Positions 1 through 10,709 are shown, numbered from the stretch's first letter. The stretch: 64,000 nucleotides of DNA from Candidatus Shapirobacteria bacterium (GCA_041659325.1 JBAZYN010000002.1:140906-204905); one strand, 5' to 3'. Notes: generated by a model from the sequence alone, not told the origin. Numbers and translations are program-made.

Positions 1-143
1 CGGGCACGGTGAGGGCCAAAACTGGAGGGGCAGTAAAGGGACGTGTAAATGGGAGCACCGGGAAAAATGTCGGACAGTGTTTCAAAAACTGATTCGGCCC
101 CGCCGTATTCTTTGAGATAATCATGAACAAGAGCGATTCTCAT
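1..143 (-). CDS. glycosyltransferase family 4-like protein, N-terminal fragment (gene runs off the window start)
   Basis: Reverse-strand translation from the ATG at 141-143 reads MRIALVHDYLKEYGGAESVFETLSDIFPGAPIYTSLY..., a typical GT4 (RfaB-like) N-terminus. Truncated by the window edge, so it is absent from the ORF track. Confidence 0.5.
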   Translation of the reverse strand, partial: MRIALVHDYLKEYGGAESVFETLSDIFPGAPIYTSLYCPSSFGPHRA

Positions 144-191
144 GACTGATTATAACTTAGAGCGGAAAACATAACGTTATAATAAGAGGCA

Positions 192-962
192 ATGAAACAC
201 ACGGTCGTTTTTTCCATCCATGATACTGCCGGAATAATATTTGACTTGGTGGAACAAATAACGCCAACCTTGCAGGAAATATTTAGCCGGGCAGTAGTTA
301 GCATTACCCCAAAGACGGAAGAAACTCAGGAGAGGCGGGTGGAAAAAATGGGAAGAGACGGGTTTTTTGAGCTGTGTAAAAATGAACCGGGAACAATGGT
401 GGGAGATCATTATATGAAGGCGGTCAGGACGGCCCTGGAGAGGAGTGAGGAAGATGAGGTGATTCATGTTTGCACCCCGGACAGATTGGCGTTGGCGATA
501 GTGAAGCATAAAAATGAATTTTTGAAAGACATGGAAGAGGAGAGGAAAGAGGAGAGGCCGATACTTTACGAAAGATCGGATTTTGCCTGGTCGACGCACC
601 CAATAAATTATCGGGCAATTGAATCAATGGCAGCCAATTTGGGAAAGATACTTTTTGGAAAAGAACTGGATTTTTTCTGGTGTGATTTGGCAGTAAGAGC
701 AGGATTGTTGAAAACGGCGGCAGAAAAGGTGAAGTCTTCTGATTTTACGGTATTAGCGGAGCTTATTTTGCCACTAAAAGACGAATTGATAGTAAAGAAG
801 GTTGATTGGTTGGAATGGGAAGACCCGTTTATTTTTGCGAAAGAACCGGAGGGTTTTAAAAAAGAAAGAGAGGCGTCAGAGGAAGAAAATCGAAAAAGAT
901 TGGGGTATGTGGTGGCAACGATAGAGTGGCTGTTGGCGGCACAAAAAGATTCTGGCGTGTAA
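192..962 (+). CDS. hypothetical protein (acidic, K/E-rich C-terminus)
   Basis: 256-aa ORF in a coding-dense region. No motif I can recognise. Confidence 0.4.
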   Translation: MKHTVVFSIHDTAGIIFDLVEQITPTLQEIFSRAVVSITPKTEETQERRVEKMGRDGFFELCKNEPGTMVGDHYMKAVRTALERSEEDEVIHVCTPDRLALAIVKHKNEFLKDMEEERKEERPILYERSDFAWSTHPINYRAIESMAANLGKILFGKELDFFWCDLAVRAGLLKTAAEKVKSSDFTVLAELILPLKDELIVKKVDWLEWEDPFIFAKEPEGFKKEREASEEENRKRLGYVVATIEWLLAAQKDSGV

Positions 963-999
963 AGATTGCCACGCTTCGCTCGCAATGACGTGGTGATGG

Positions 1000-1929
1000 T
1001 TAAAAAAGGCTGGCCTGGTTGGAGTCAATTATAATTTTTTTGGAAGATTTTTTGGGTTTGAGACCGAGCTTTTTGGTGGCACGGGTGATGAGAGAACGAA
1101 AATTATATTCTTGGAATAAGGGGAGAAGGTCTTCAAATTTTTTTTCAGTCCAACGGGCGGATTTGAGGGTAAATTTTAGAGGAATATTGGTAACTAATGT
1201 GGCGAGTTTTTGGGATAAATAGGCATTTTCTTTGTCCTTTTCCAGCTTTTCCCTGATAGATGGTTTGATTTCGCCTAGATGCTCATAAATATTGTCTAAA
1301 GTTTGGTATTTTTCTAAAAGATCGACGGCAACGACAGGGCCAATGCCGGCAACACCGGGATAATTGTCGGACATATCCCCCATCAGGGCCTTGAGATCGA
1401 TAACCTGATTGGGATTGACACCTAATTTTTCTTTGACGTCTTTTGGTTCGTAAATTTTTGTTTCGGAAAGGCCGCGGATTGGAACAAACAAATTAACCCG
1501 CGGACCAACCAGTTGCATTAGATCTTTGTCACCGGTGATGATGGTAATTTTTAGTTTAGATTTTTTTTTGAGAGATTTAATGGCAAGAGTAGCAATCAAG
1601 TCGTCGGCCTCAAAACCACCCATGGCGTAGTGGGAAATGCCAGCTTTTTTGAGAGTACTCGGCAACTGCGGAAGTTGGGAAATTAATTCCCTATCGGCGG
1701 GTTTACGCTTGGCCCGATAGCCAATAAATTCCTGATTGCGGAAATTGGGACCCGGGGAGTCGAGACAAACCATCAGATAATTTGGTTTTAAAATTTCAAT
1801 TGAGGACAAAATCATGGAGTAAAAACCATAGATGGCATTTACTGGCTGGCCGTTGGTAGTAAGGGGTGGGATAGAGTGATAGGCACGGTGAGCAATAGCA
1901 TGGCCATCGACAATAACAAGATGAGACAT
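1000..1929 (-). CDS. 5'-3' exonuclease (stand-alone Pol I N-terminal / FEN-like domain)
   Basis: Likely start at MSHLVIVDGHAIAHRAYHS. It has the PIN-like acidic cluster (DGHA, EADD) and an H3TH region (GDMSDNYPGVAGIGPVVAVDLL) typical of bacterial 5'-3' exonucleases. Confidence 0.8.
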   Translation of the reverse strand: MSHLVIVDGHAIAHRAYHSIPPLTTNGQPVNAIYGFYSMILSSIEILKPNYLMVCLDSPGPNFRNQEFIGYRAKRKPADRELISQLPQLPSTLKKAGISHYAMGGFEADDLIATLAIKSLKKKSKLKITIITGDKDLMQLVGPRVNLFVPIRGLSETKIYEPKDVKEKLGVNPNQVIDLKALMGDMSDNYPGVAGIGPVVAVDLLEKYQTLDNIYEHLGEIKPSIREKLEKDKENAYLSQKLATLVTNIPLKFTLKSARWTEKKFEDLLPLFQEYNFRSLITRATKKLGLKPKKSSKKIIIDSNQASLF

Positions 1930-2037
1930 GGAGAAATTATACAATGCTTTGGGCGGGCAGTAAGTTGCGCGACGGACAATACTTTATTTGCTAAGCAAAG
2001 TTTCCTTTAGATAAAACAGGTGCTGATAGGGTAAAAT

Positions 2038-2979
2038 TTGGTGATGAGTCAGCACGCGATTCCACAACAGATATCATCCTACGAATTTAAATTGGTAGGA
2101 GAAATGACACTGAAACAGTTTGCCAAGGCGGCCGCCGGAGTAATTTTGGCACTATTGATAAACAGCACCAAGCTGATATTTTTTGTGAAATGGCCACTGA
2201 TCGCGATAACAGCAGGAGGAGGATTGGCACTGGCCTTTGTTCCCTACCAGGACAGGCCTCTGGAAACATGGATTGGGGCTTTTTTAAAATCAATATATGC
2301 GCCAACGATTTTTCTTTATAAAAAAAGGGCTAATCAGAATTGGCTTGATATTGACATGGTAAAAGCCAAAGAGGAAGAACGGGAAGCGGCCGAAGCCAGT
2401 CAAGCGCCTTTGGCGATGAAAAGCCAGGATAAGGTGAGGGAGTTTATCCAATCACTGCCTTCGGTTAAAAAGGAAACGATAGACCAGGGCAATCAAGGAC
2501 AGGAGCTTGGGGCGGTGGCGGACAAGGTGGCGATGGGAAAGACAATGGAGGCTTCGAAAGTAGCGTCGGTTGGGCAGGGTAGTGGCGAGACAGCAATCAG
2601 TGAAGCATCCGAAAGAGAGGGCTGGAAAGAGGCGGCGGCCAAACTTGATTTGAAAACAGAAAAACTCAAGGCTACCGGCCAGGCGGTTTTTGGAGCAATA
2701 CCAATGCCCGACATCCCGGAGCTACCTAATTTAATCGTGGGGATGGTAACGGACAAGGAAGGAAAAATAGTGGAGGGAGCAATCGTGGAGATATTGGATT
2801 CGCAGGGAAATCCGGCGAGAGTACTAAAAACAAATCCGTTGGGACAGTTTAAATCGTCAACACAGTTAACCAGCGGCAAATATTTGATAACAACCGAAAA
2901 GGACAATTATGATTTTGACAGGATTTCACTTGATTTAACGGGACAATTAGTTCAGCCAATAAAAATATTGGCTAAATAA
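2038..2979 (+). CDS. PrgI/VirB3-like T4SS membrane protein with C-terminal carboxypeptidase-regulatory-like beta domain
   Basis: Two N-terminal TM helices (AAAGVILALLINSTKLIFF, IAITAGGGLALAFVPY), as in PrgI/VirB3. It lies immediately upstream of VirB4, which is the conserved order. The C-terminal segment IVGMVTDKEGKIVEGAIVEILDSQGNPARVLKTNPLGQF looks like a CarD-like beta-sandwich. Confidence 0.45.
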   Translation: MVMSQHAIPQQISSYEFKLVGEMTLKQFAKAAAGVILALLINSTKLIFFVKWPLIAITAGGGLALAFVPYQDRPLETWIGAFLKSIYAPTIFLYKKRANQNWLDIDMVKAKEEEREAAEASQAPLAMKSQDKVREFIQSLPSVKKETIDQGNQGQELGAVADKVAMGKTMEASKVASVGQGSGETAISEASEREGWKEAAAKLDLKTEKLKATGQAVFGAIPMPDIPELPNLIVGMVTDKEGKIVEGAIVEILDSQGNPARVLKTNPLGQFKSSTQLTSGKYLITTEKDNYDFDRISLDLTGQLVQPIKILAK

Positions 2980-3010
2980 AGTTTTGAAACTAAGGTATTA
3001 TTAAAATAAT

Positions 3011-3721
3011 ATGCCGGTCGACCCATTAAAGATTGCGATTAAAGGAACAACTCAAGATCATCTGCCGATTGAGGATGTGATTGATGGGATTGTTCTTTTG
3101 AAGGACGGTTCGTGTGCCATGGTGATGCAACTGTCCTCGGTTAATTTTGATCTTTTGTCAGAAAGGGAGCAGTCGGCCCTGGTGTTTGCCTATGGGGGGA
3201 TTTTAAATTCATTGAATTTTCCGATTCAAATCGTAATCCAGACATCCACAAAAGATGTGACCTCGTATCTCAATAACCTAAAGGAGGCGGAGGGGAAACA
3301 GGTCAACACACTACTTCGGGAGCGAATTAAACAGTATCGGAAGTTTATAGAAGAGACAGTAAGAAAGAATGATGTGTTGTCAAAATCATTTTATGCGGTG
3401 GTTCCCTTTTCGATAATAGAGCTTGGGATTAAGTCAGCCTCGAAACAGATGGTGGGTAGCTTGCCTTTCATGAAACAACAAAGCGGTAGCTCCGGATTGC
3501 CGTTTACCAAAGAATATATTTTGGAAAAAGCAAAAGCGAGCCTGGAACCAAAGAGAGACCATTTGATAAGACTGTTCTCGCGGTTGGGACTGGAAATAAA
3601 AGTGTTGAATACAAAAGAATTAATCGAATTGTATTATAGGCTTTACAATGAAGAAACGGCCGCAAACCAAAAGATTCAGACGCTGAGTTACGGTACGCCG
3701 GTGGTTAATGCAAAAATATGA
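3011..3721 (+). CDS. VirB4 N-terminal-domain-like protein (short paralog of the VirB4 entry domain)
   Basis: No TM helix. The motif IEDVIDGIVLLKDGSCAMVMQLSSVNFDLLSEREQ parallels the DGLVSTKDIIAPGSLEV motif at the N-terminus of the downstream VirB4. Its stop overlaps the start of the next gene (ATGA). Confidence 0.4.
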   Translation: MPVDPLKIAIKGTTQDHLPIEDVIDGIVLLKDGSCAMVMQLSSVNFDLLSEREQSALVFAYGGILNSLNFPIQIVIQTSTKDVTSYLNNLKEAEGKQVNTLLRERIKQYRKFIEETVRKNDVLSKSFYAVVPFSIIELGIKSASKQMVGSLPFMKQQSGSSGLPFTKEYILEKAKASLEPKRDHLIRLFSRLGLEIKVLNTKELIELYYRLYNEETAANQKIQTLSYGTPVVNAKI

Positions 3722-6231
3722 TCAATTTTTTTAAAAAACCAGAAAAGAAGACTGAGGTGGCTCCGATTGCACCAACCGCCACGGAGAAGCAACAACCCGG
3801 ACAGAGGCAGTTTGTGGACGGATTGGTGTCGACGAAGGATATTATTGCGCCTGGATCGTTGGAAGTTGATTTTGAACATATAAGGATTGATGGTAAATAC
3901 TACAGGACATTGTTTATTACCGGATACCCGAGATTTGTTGGAATTAACTGGCTGTCGCCTTTGATTAATTTCGACGCGTCTCTGAATGTGTCGATGTTTA
4001 TTTACCCAACCGATGGAAAAGAGATTTTGGATGACTTAAGGCGAAAAATTGCGGAAATGGAGGCAGAAATTAACACAGATATCCAAAGAGGCCGGGTCGT
4101 AGACCCGTCCACACAGGCCAAGCTTGAGGATGCCCTAAATCTTCAGGCCGATCTGGTGAAGGGAGAAGAGAGATTTTTTCAGTTTGGACTATATGTGACA
4201 ATCTCAGCTACCTCAAAGGAAGAAATTAACAGGATTAATAAAAATCTTGAGGCGGCATTGGGAGCGCTGATGATAATCAGCAAAAAAGCTACTTTGCAAA
4301 TGGAAGAGGGTTTTATGAGCACACTTCCCCTTTGTTCTGACAAGCTGAATATTACCCGAAACATGGATACAACTTCTCTGGCAACAACTTTTCCGTTTGT
4401 CTCGTCTGATCTGTCTGACGACAAGGGAATAATGTATGGGATTAATGAGCATAACGGATCGTTGGTGATTTTTGACCGGTTTTCGATGCAAAACTATAAT
4501 TCGGTGGTTTTTGCCTCAGCCGGAGCAGGAAAATCATATTTGATTAAACTTGAGGCGATCCGGTCACTGATGTTGGGGACAGAGATTATCGTAATCGATC
4601 CGGAAAATGAATATAGGGATTTATGCGAAGCAGTGGGAGGGCAATATATTGCCTTTGGCTACGGAGAGGAATCCAAAATAAATCCTTTTGACCTGTCATT
4701 GGTGGTGGAAGAAGGAGAAAACGCGCTCAATTCTAAGATTTTGGCGCTTCATAAACTTTTTAAAATAATGATCGGGGCTATGGATCCGATCGAGGAGTCG
4801 ATTTTGGATAGGGCGGCAATGGATGCCTACAAAATGAAGGGAATCACGCCTGACATTGAAACCCAAACAAGGGAACCGCCACTGGTGGAAGATTTGTATA
4901 AATCGCTTATCGGGATGGAGGACAAGCAGGCTCAAAACCTGGCGGCAAGATTTGAAAAATACATCAAGGGATCTTTTGCGGGAATATTTAACCAAAAAAC
5001 GACGGTTAATTTGACCAATAAGTTTGTGGTTTTCGGAATAAGAAATTTGGAAGATGCTCTCCGGCCGGTAGCAATGCACATTATTCTTGACTATATCTGG
5101 ACGATAGTAAAAAAGACGCTAAAAAGAAGGATATTGATAGTGGATGAGGCGTGGTATCTCATGCAGTATGAGGATTCGGCGGCATTTTTGAGAGGAATTG
5201 TAAAGCGAGGGAGAAAATATTACATCGGAGTAACAACAATTACACAGGACGTTGACGATTTTCTGGCCACTCCTTACGGAAAAGAAATTGTAACTAATAG
5301 TGCCATTCAGATTCTTTTAAAACAGCACAGTGCGGCGATTGATCAGGTGGGCGATGTTTTTTATTTGTCGGAGGGGGAAAAACAGTTGCTGTTGACGGCC
5401 GATAAGGGCGAGGGAATATTTTTTGCCGGAAAAAATCATGTAGCGATCAGAGTAATAGCATCTGAGGATGAGCACCGGCTGATTACGTCAAACCCAGAAG
5501 AGATTCTGAAGATGAAAAACCAGGGGAAAAGTTTTGGACAAAGCCCGATACCTGAGCCAACGGTCGAGCCACCGGTGGCGCTGATTCCTACGACAGAAGC
5601 AAAGAAACCAGTAGAGGAAATAAAAAAACCTGAGATGGAAAGCAAGCCTCAGCAGGAAACTGCTGCCTTGGACAAAACTAAACTAGCACCGCAAATAGTA
5701 GCCATACCGAAAGAGAAGACTCCTGCGGAGGGAAAACCGGCAATGGGGACCATTTATCAGACGGTGGTGGAAACAAACAAACCAGATGAGCAGGAAGAAA
5801 TACTGAAAAAGAGACTGGCCGAAATGGCGGAACAGGAAAAAAATGAAATTAGCGAACACCGGAAAAAAATTGCCGAAGAAGAAAGGCAGAAAGCCGAGGC
5901 AGAAGCTAAAAGGATGGCAGAAACATCGTCTAGCTTGCCGAAATATCAGGACTTGTTTAAGTCATACACCCCGGCAAAAACGGCGGGGCAAACTAGCCCA
6001 CCACCAATAAAGACTGGGCCGCTTATAAAAAGTGAAACGGTTGGTAATAAACCATTGGTTTTGGAACCAAAAAGGCCTATTTTTTTAAACCAGGAAGAAC
6101 CAAAGATTCCCCAACCGCCACAACTTTCAAAAAAAACAAAACCGGTTTTTGAGGAGCCGAAGGAAGAGGTTAAGGCCGCCACCGATGACGGGAAAACAAA
6201 AATGGATTATGATAAGTTGTTTAGCAACTGA
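3718..6231 (+). CDS. virB4: type IV secretion ATPase VirB4/TrbE/PrgJ family, with a ~240-aa low-complexity P/E/K-rich C-terminal tail
   Basis: Has the VirB4 N-domain signature (KYYRTLFITGYPRFVGINWL), Walker A VVFASAGAGKSYL and Walker B RRILIVDEAWYLM. The tail from ~5500 onward is PEPTVEPP.../EEILKKRLAEMAEQEKNE... low-complexity sequence. Confidence 0.85.
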   Translation: MINFFKKPEKKTEVAPIAPTATEKQQPGQRQFVDGLVSTKDIIAPGSLEVDFEHIRIDGKYYRTLFITGYPRFVGINWLSPLINFDASLNVSMFIYPTDGKEILDDLRRKIAEMEAEINTDIQRGRVVDPSTQAKLEDALNLQADLVKGEERFFQFGLYVTISATSKEEINRINKNLEAALGALMIISKKATLQMEEGFMSTLPLCSDKLNITRNMDTTSLATTFPFVSSDLSDDKGIMYGINEHNGSLVIFDRFSMQNYNSVVFASAGAGKSYLIKLEAIRSLMLGTEIIVIDPENEYRDLCEAVGGQYIAFGYGEESKINPFDLSLVVEEGENALNSKILALHKLFKIMIGAMDPIEESILDRAAMDAYKMKGITPDIETQTREPPLVEDLYKSLIGMEDKQAQNLAARFEKYIKGSFAGIFNQKTTVNLTNKFVVFGIRNLEDALRPVAMHIILDYIWTIVKKTLKRRILIVDEAWYLMQYEDSAAFLRGIVKRGRKYYIGVTTITQDVDDFLATPYGKEIVTNSAIQILLKQHSAAIDQVGDVFYLSEGEKQLLLTADKGEGIFFAGKNHVAIRVIASEDEHRLITSNPEEILKMKNQGKSFGQSPIPEPTVEPPVALIPTTEAKKPVEEIKKPEMESKPQQETAALDKTKLAPQIVAIPKEKTPAEGKPAMGTIYQTVVETNKPDEQEEILKKRLAEMAEQEKNEISEHRKKIAEEERQKAEAEAKRMAETSSSLPKYQDLFKSYTPAKTAGQTSPPPIKTGPLIKSETVGNKPLVLEPKRPIFLNQEEPKIPQPPQLSKKTKPVFEEPKEEVKAATDDGKTKMDYDKLFSN

Positions 6232-6254
6232 TCCGGCTGAAATTGCTATAATCT

Positions 6255-9200
6255 TTGGTGATGGAGAGAAGAAAATTCGGACAGACGACGGCCAGATTCA
6301 GAACAATAAGCGACGTAATTGACGGGCTTCGACTGATTTTGGGGAGCAAAGACAGGAACCTTGAGGGTGATCCGGAGTTAATAAGAGCGATAGAAGCGGT
6401 CGGAATTAAAATTAACGCTGAAAAGCCCGGGCCGATTGAGGATATTGTAGAGAGGCTAGAACACCTGATGGCAACAGTCGAGGAGGAGGTTTTAAGTCGG
6501 CGAATTGAAGAAGCCTTTTCAACTGCCGAACAAGATCTCCGCAACGCAAGGATGCCAGCGGCGGAAATGAGAGCGCTACTAGAGGAATATGACAGACACC
6601 TTCAGGCGGGTTTGACACCTGACGAAGCAGCAAGGAGGGTTGAAAGGGAGAGTGGTAGAAAAATTACGGCACTTTTACAACGACGATACGAAATTCACCA
6701 GGAAAATGTAGCCAGTGGGGCGAAAGAAGGTCTGATTGAAAAAATCGTGACTGATGGGAGACTGGAATTGGAGATAGAGTTGGAGGCGGCCGGAGTGGAT
6801 AAAGATGCGGCGGAAGGAATTGCTGAGAAGATAGTTAAAAAAACTGTTTTAAATAAGGTACTTTCTGATGACATTCCTAAAATTGCAGAACAAGCGTTAG
6901 GTGTGGTGCCCCAAGGAGACATAAGAGACTATTCCAGAGAGATTGTGGTACAAAAATTTAAGGATATTACCGCCAAAATAGAAGTTGGTCCAAGAATCGA
7001 GAAAATAACAATAGATTTGGTAGATCAAATAATACAAGTCAAACCCAACGTAACTGCGGAGGAAGAGAAGGGGCTAAGAGAGGCGGTTGGAAAAGAGGTT
7101 ACGGAACAGGTCATGGGTGGTAACAGATTGGGGGAAGTTTCGGTGGATGCGGCAGAAACAGATAGAGGCGGCGTAAAGGGAACGCCAAAATTGTCTGAAC
7201 TAATTATTGATAATCTTGATTTACCGCCATCAAAGGTTGGCCTTGTCGAAAAAGCGGTCAGTGTCGCCAGTGTAGCGGCAATGGAGGAAGTGAATTATGG
7301 CCGCGCGGCAGAGTCTGTGGTTGAAGCGTTGGCTCAAATACCGGCGGTGCGGGACACGGTGAAAGCAAGAGCGGCTGAAATCACAAAAGTGGTGAAGGAA
7401 GAAATTCAAAAATCAGTAGCTGACGGTAATTTTGAAACAGTGGCGGGTAAGGTTGCGGAGAAAATCGATCCTGATTCCAGGTCTGGAGTAGCAATCGGGA
7501 TGGCGGTAGAGGAGGAGGTGGCGAGGGAATTGCAAAGATGGAGTCCTGGAAAAGTTGAGGCGATAACTAGAGTGTTTGTTGAAATGGGGCCAAAGGCAGA
7601 GGCAAAGATGACAGAGATAGAGGCAGCAGTGGTAGAAGAAAATGCTGCGAGAAAAGCAGATCCCCGGACGGTATTTTCGCGGATACAAAAAAGGGTTGGC
7701 GCTATATTGGAGATCCCCGAAAGCGATGCTCCGATAGTATCGGCGATGGCGAGGGCGGAGGAAAGAAGCAGACAGTGGGATAAGGCTAAGGCGGATCAGG
7801 TCGCCGACAGGCTAGTGACGGTATTGAAAACAGACAAGACTATTGCGGCCAAATTATCTCCAAGAGAAGAATCATTTAAATCGATGATAAGGCCGAAAAT
7901 GGAGGCGGCTGTTATTGAAGGTCTGCCCCTTGAAGAGAGTACAACCAAAAAACCACTAGCCAGAAACCTTACTGATAGAGTGGTAGTCCTGCTTGGGATA
8001 CCTGCGGAAAAAATACCGATGGTTAGGATGGCAGTAAAGAAGGCCGGAAAGGAAGTTGATTGGCTGATAATGTCTGACAGAGAAAATATAAAAATAATCA
8101 GACAGGAAGAGATCAGAAATCAAATAGAACTAGGAATAGTTCGAGCAAATAGGGGTGTTGTGCTGACGACTAACCAAATGAATGCCGTACACGAGTTTTC
8201 CGGATTTGTGGCTCGATTTCGGGGAGCAGAATCCGGCATAGAGCCTTATAAGGATGAGGCGGTAGCTTTTGCAGAAGGACGGGATTTACGCCCGGGGGTA
8301 ATTAATAACGCGTGGGGTGATTTAGCCAATATTACAAAAATCGTCCGGATGTCACCGAGTCAATTTAAAAAATTCAGTGATCAATATTATCGGTTGAAGG
8401 ATGGACTTGGAGGGCTAAAAGTGCCTTTTGAGTCTCCGGCGATAAGATCGCTTGACGGGGTAATGAGGTTTATAAAAGATAACCCTAAAGTCCAACATCT
8501 GTTGAACTTTGCCCAAAAATTTACCGGACTCTCAAACTCGATTGGCAGTTTTACCAACGGATTGGTTAAAAAGATTGGTTTGGAAAAGGCCGGAATATCG
8601 GTGATCGAAAAGATTGGCGGGCAGGCAATGGGAGAGTTTGTCCGACAATCACTGGTGGTGATAGGACAAAACGGAATGAGACAGGGATTGACGATGATCC
8701 TGAGGGGGATTATCGGCGGAGGGGTGAAAGCGGGATCGGTGGTTGGGGGCGGGACGGCCGGAGCACTGGCGGGGGCAGTGGCGGCTTTTCAGGCAGTGCC
8801 ACTGGTGGGGCAAATAATTTTGATAGGCGCCCTAGCGGTGGTGGGAATTAAAAAAGTTATAAAGCCGATTCTTGATAGATTTTTTAAACCAATTGCGGGA
8901 ATAATTGGTAATTTGGGATTGAATTTGGGGATTAAAAAGTTTTTTCAAGACAAATTTGGAAAAGGTTTTGGGTGGCTATTGGGAGCCGGAGCGACACTGG
9001 GGGTGATGATAGCAGCCGTTCCTATGGCCTTTGCCGGGTGGTGGGCGGCAACAATGGCTCTAATGTTTAGTAAGGTGATTGTGGCGGTCTTTATTGGCAT
9101 AATTACATTTTCTCTTATCACCTCGATTAATGTGTCGGCTCAGGTAACCAGGGGGCCGCCTTCGGGAGTAGAAGTGTATGATTATGGTAACGAGCCTTGG

Positions 9201-9689
9201 GAGATATTTGTTCCGAATTTACCGTTGCCCACAAGAGATCCCAGTATTGTTATTCCCGAAAGTTGCCCGGGGATATGGCCGACAGATTCCGGAGTGGTAA
9301 CCCAGGGACCACTGGGACAGTGGTCTCACCGAGGAACGCAGGCAATTGATATAAGTATTATATCCGGATCCCCAATCTATGCGACACATGACGGATTGGC
9401 TTTTCCGGGGGGCGGAAAAGGAAGTGGTTATGGATTTTATGTTGACGTGATGGGGGTATGTAATGGGGTCTCAATTATAACCAGATATGCGCATATGCCC
9501 CGTTTAATATTTACGGAGCAAAAATTAGTTAAACAAGGAGAAATAATCGGTTACGTTGATAACACGGGCAACTCGACAGGCCCCCATCTTCACTATGAGC
9601 TGACCGGCGGACAAATTAACGACTGGCTTCCGAAACCAGTACCTCTGAAATGCAGTCATTATTATGAATGTTTGGTTTCTATCCCCTAA
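6255..9689 (+). CDS. giant T4SS-associated cell-wall hydrolase: N-terminal helical region, Gly-rich multi-TM segment, C-terminal M23 (LytM) peptidase
   Basis: The C-terminus carries M23 motifs HRGTQAIDI ... GNSTGPHLHYEL. The TM block is GIIGGGVKAGSVVGGGTAGALAGAV.../LLGAGATLGVMIAAVPMAFAGWW. Its position after VirB4 parallels PrgK/TcpG/VirB1-type hydrolases. Confidence 0.75.
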   Translation: MVMERRKFGQTTARFRTISDVIDGLRLILGSKDRNLEGDPELIRAIEAVGIKINAEKPGPIEDIVERLEHLMATVEEEVLSRRIEEAFSTAEQDLRNARMPAAEMRALLEEYDRHLQAGLTPDEAARRVERESGRKITALLQRRYEIHQENVASGAKEGLIEKIVTDGRLELEIELEAAGVDKDAAEGIAEKIVKKTVLNKVLSDDIPKIAEQALGVVPQGDIRDYSREIVVQKFKDITAKIEVGPRIEKITIDLVDQIIQVKPNVTAEEEKGLREAVGKEVTEQVMGGNRLGEVSVDAAETDRGGVKGTPKLSELIIDNLDLPPSKVGLVEKAVSVASVAAMEEVNYGRAAESVVEALAQIPAVRDTVKARAAEITKVVKEEIQKSVADGNFETVAGKVAEKIDPDSRSGVAIGMAVEEEVARELQRWSPGKVEAITRVFVEMGPKAEAKMTEIEAAVVEENAARKADPRTVFSRIQKRVGAILEIPESDAPIVSAMARAEERSRQWDKAKADQVADRLVTVLKTDKTIAAKLSPREESFKSMIRPKMEAAVIEGLPLEESTTKKPLARNLTDRVVVLLGIPAEKIPMVRMAVKKAGKEVDWLIMSDRENIKIIRQEEIRNQIELGIVRANRGVVLTTNQMNAVHEFSGFVARFRGAESGIEPYKDEAVAFAEGRDLRPGVINNAWGDLANITKIVRMSPSQFKKFSDQYYRLKDGLGGLKVPFESPAIRSLDGVMRFIKDNPKVQHLLNFAQKFTGLSNSIGSFTNGLVKKIGLEKAGISVIEKIGGQAMGEFVRQSLVVIGQNGMRQGLTMILRGIIGGGVKAGSVVGGGTAGALAGAVAAFQAVPLVGQIILIGALAVVGIKKVIKPILDRFFKPIAGIIGNLGLNLGIKKFFQDKFGKGFGWLLGAGATLGVMIAAVPMAFAGWWAATMALMFSKVIVAVFIGIITFSLITSINVSAQVTRGPPSGVEVYDYGNEPWEIFVPNLPLPTRDPSIVIPESCPGIWPTDSGVVTQGPLGQWSHRGTQAIDISIISGSPIYATHDGLAFPGGGKGSGYGFYVDVMGVCNGVSIITRYAHMPRLIFTEQKLVKQGEIIGYVDNTGNSTGPHLHYELTGGQINDWLPKPVPLKCSHYYECLVSIP

Positions 9690-9692
9690 CCT

Positions 9693-10709
9693 ATGAATAA
9701 AAAGATGCAAAATATTTTCTTAATTGTTGTGACAACGATATTGGTTTTGGGAATGATTAGAATTGCGTTTTTCAGGGAGAAGTCTACAATAACCAAACAA
9801 CCAGAAACCGGCAAAATATCGCTTGGGACAACGGAACCAATAAACGACCCGAGCACCGCGCGTCCAAAGTCGGTCTCCTGGGGAGTGACAAAACTTGATT
9901 TAGAGAAAAAGATGGCGGTTTACAAAATCAGCAGCCAACAGGTTGATGATGCCATGATCGAAAAAACAGCAAGGTCTTTTGGGTTTGAGGGGAAAGCAGA
10001 GGTAGACCAGGAAAGTTTTTTGGTTTACAACAATACGGAAAATAACACCACTCTGGATATCAATAAAACAAGCCGAACCATTAAATATTCAAAAAATTTA
10101 TTGGTGTATCCGATGATTAAAGTAGTCCGGACTATACCGGTTGAAGAGATCGGAGAAAGATTAAAGGATTTGGTAACAAAGCGTTTTGACCTTAAACCAG
10201 AAATAAAGGTGACGGTTGAAAGAACTGAGTACGAAACATTGGCGGGGCCGAGATTTGTGGCTTCTTCAAGAGAAAAGGCTGATATTGTAAAAATTAATGG
10301 CAACTACCAAGTTGGCGGGTATCCCGTGTATTCTTTTGCGGGATTTCCGATCATTGCTAGATTTTCTACTGATGGAAACTTGCTCAATCTTTCGGTTGAT
10401 TTGGCTTTTGATGAAACTAGCAAACAGGATTCGTTAACGGTCAAAACGGAAGAAGAACTAAAGAGGATTCCTCCCGAAAACTACAAAATAGTTGATATTG
10501 ACGGAGAAAAAGATTACGATATGTCTTCATATGAGGAGGCAATTGGGGGAGTTAACATTACGGGAGGCTATCTTGGATATATCCTTACACCTGAGAGTGA
10601 TTATTTGTTGCCCTATGTTTTTTTTAAGGGAAACAGCAAGCTGTTGTCGGGTCCGGTCGTGGTTACGATGGCGGTTCCGGCACTAAAAGAGGAAGGGCTT
10701 TATAAATGA
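9693..10709 (+). CDS. hypothetical secreted/membrane-anchored protein (T4SS locus member)
   Basis: N-terminal TM/signal (IFLIVVTTILVLGMIRIAFF). Tightly packed, 3 nt after the M23 gene. Confidence 0.45.
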   Translation: MNKKMQNIFLIVVTTILVLGMIRIAFFREKSTITKQPETGKISLGTTEPINDPSTARPKSVSWGVTKLDLEKKMAVYKISSQQVDDAMIEKTARSFGFEGKAEVDQESFLVYNNTENNTTLDINKTSRTIKYSKNLLVYPMIKVVRTIPVEEIGERLKDLVTKRFDLKPEIKVTVERTEYETLAGPRFVASSREKADIVKINGNYQVGGYPVYSFAGFPIIARFSTDGNLLNLSVDLAFDETSKQDSLTVKTEEELKRIPPENYKIVDIDGEKDYDMSSYEEAIGGVNITGGYLGYILTPESDYLLPYVFFKGNSKLLSGPVVVTMAVPALKEEGLYK

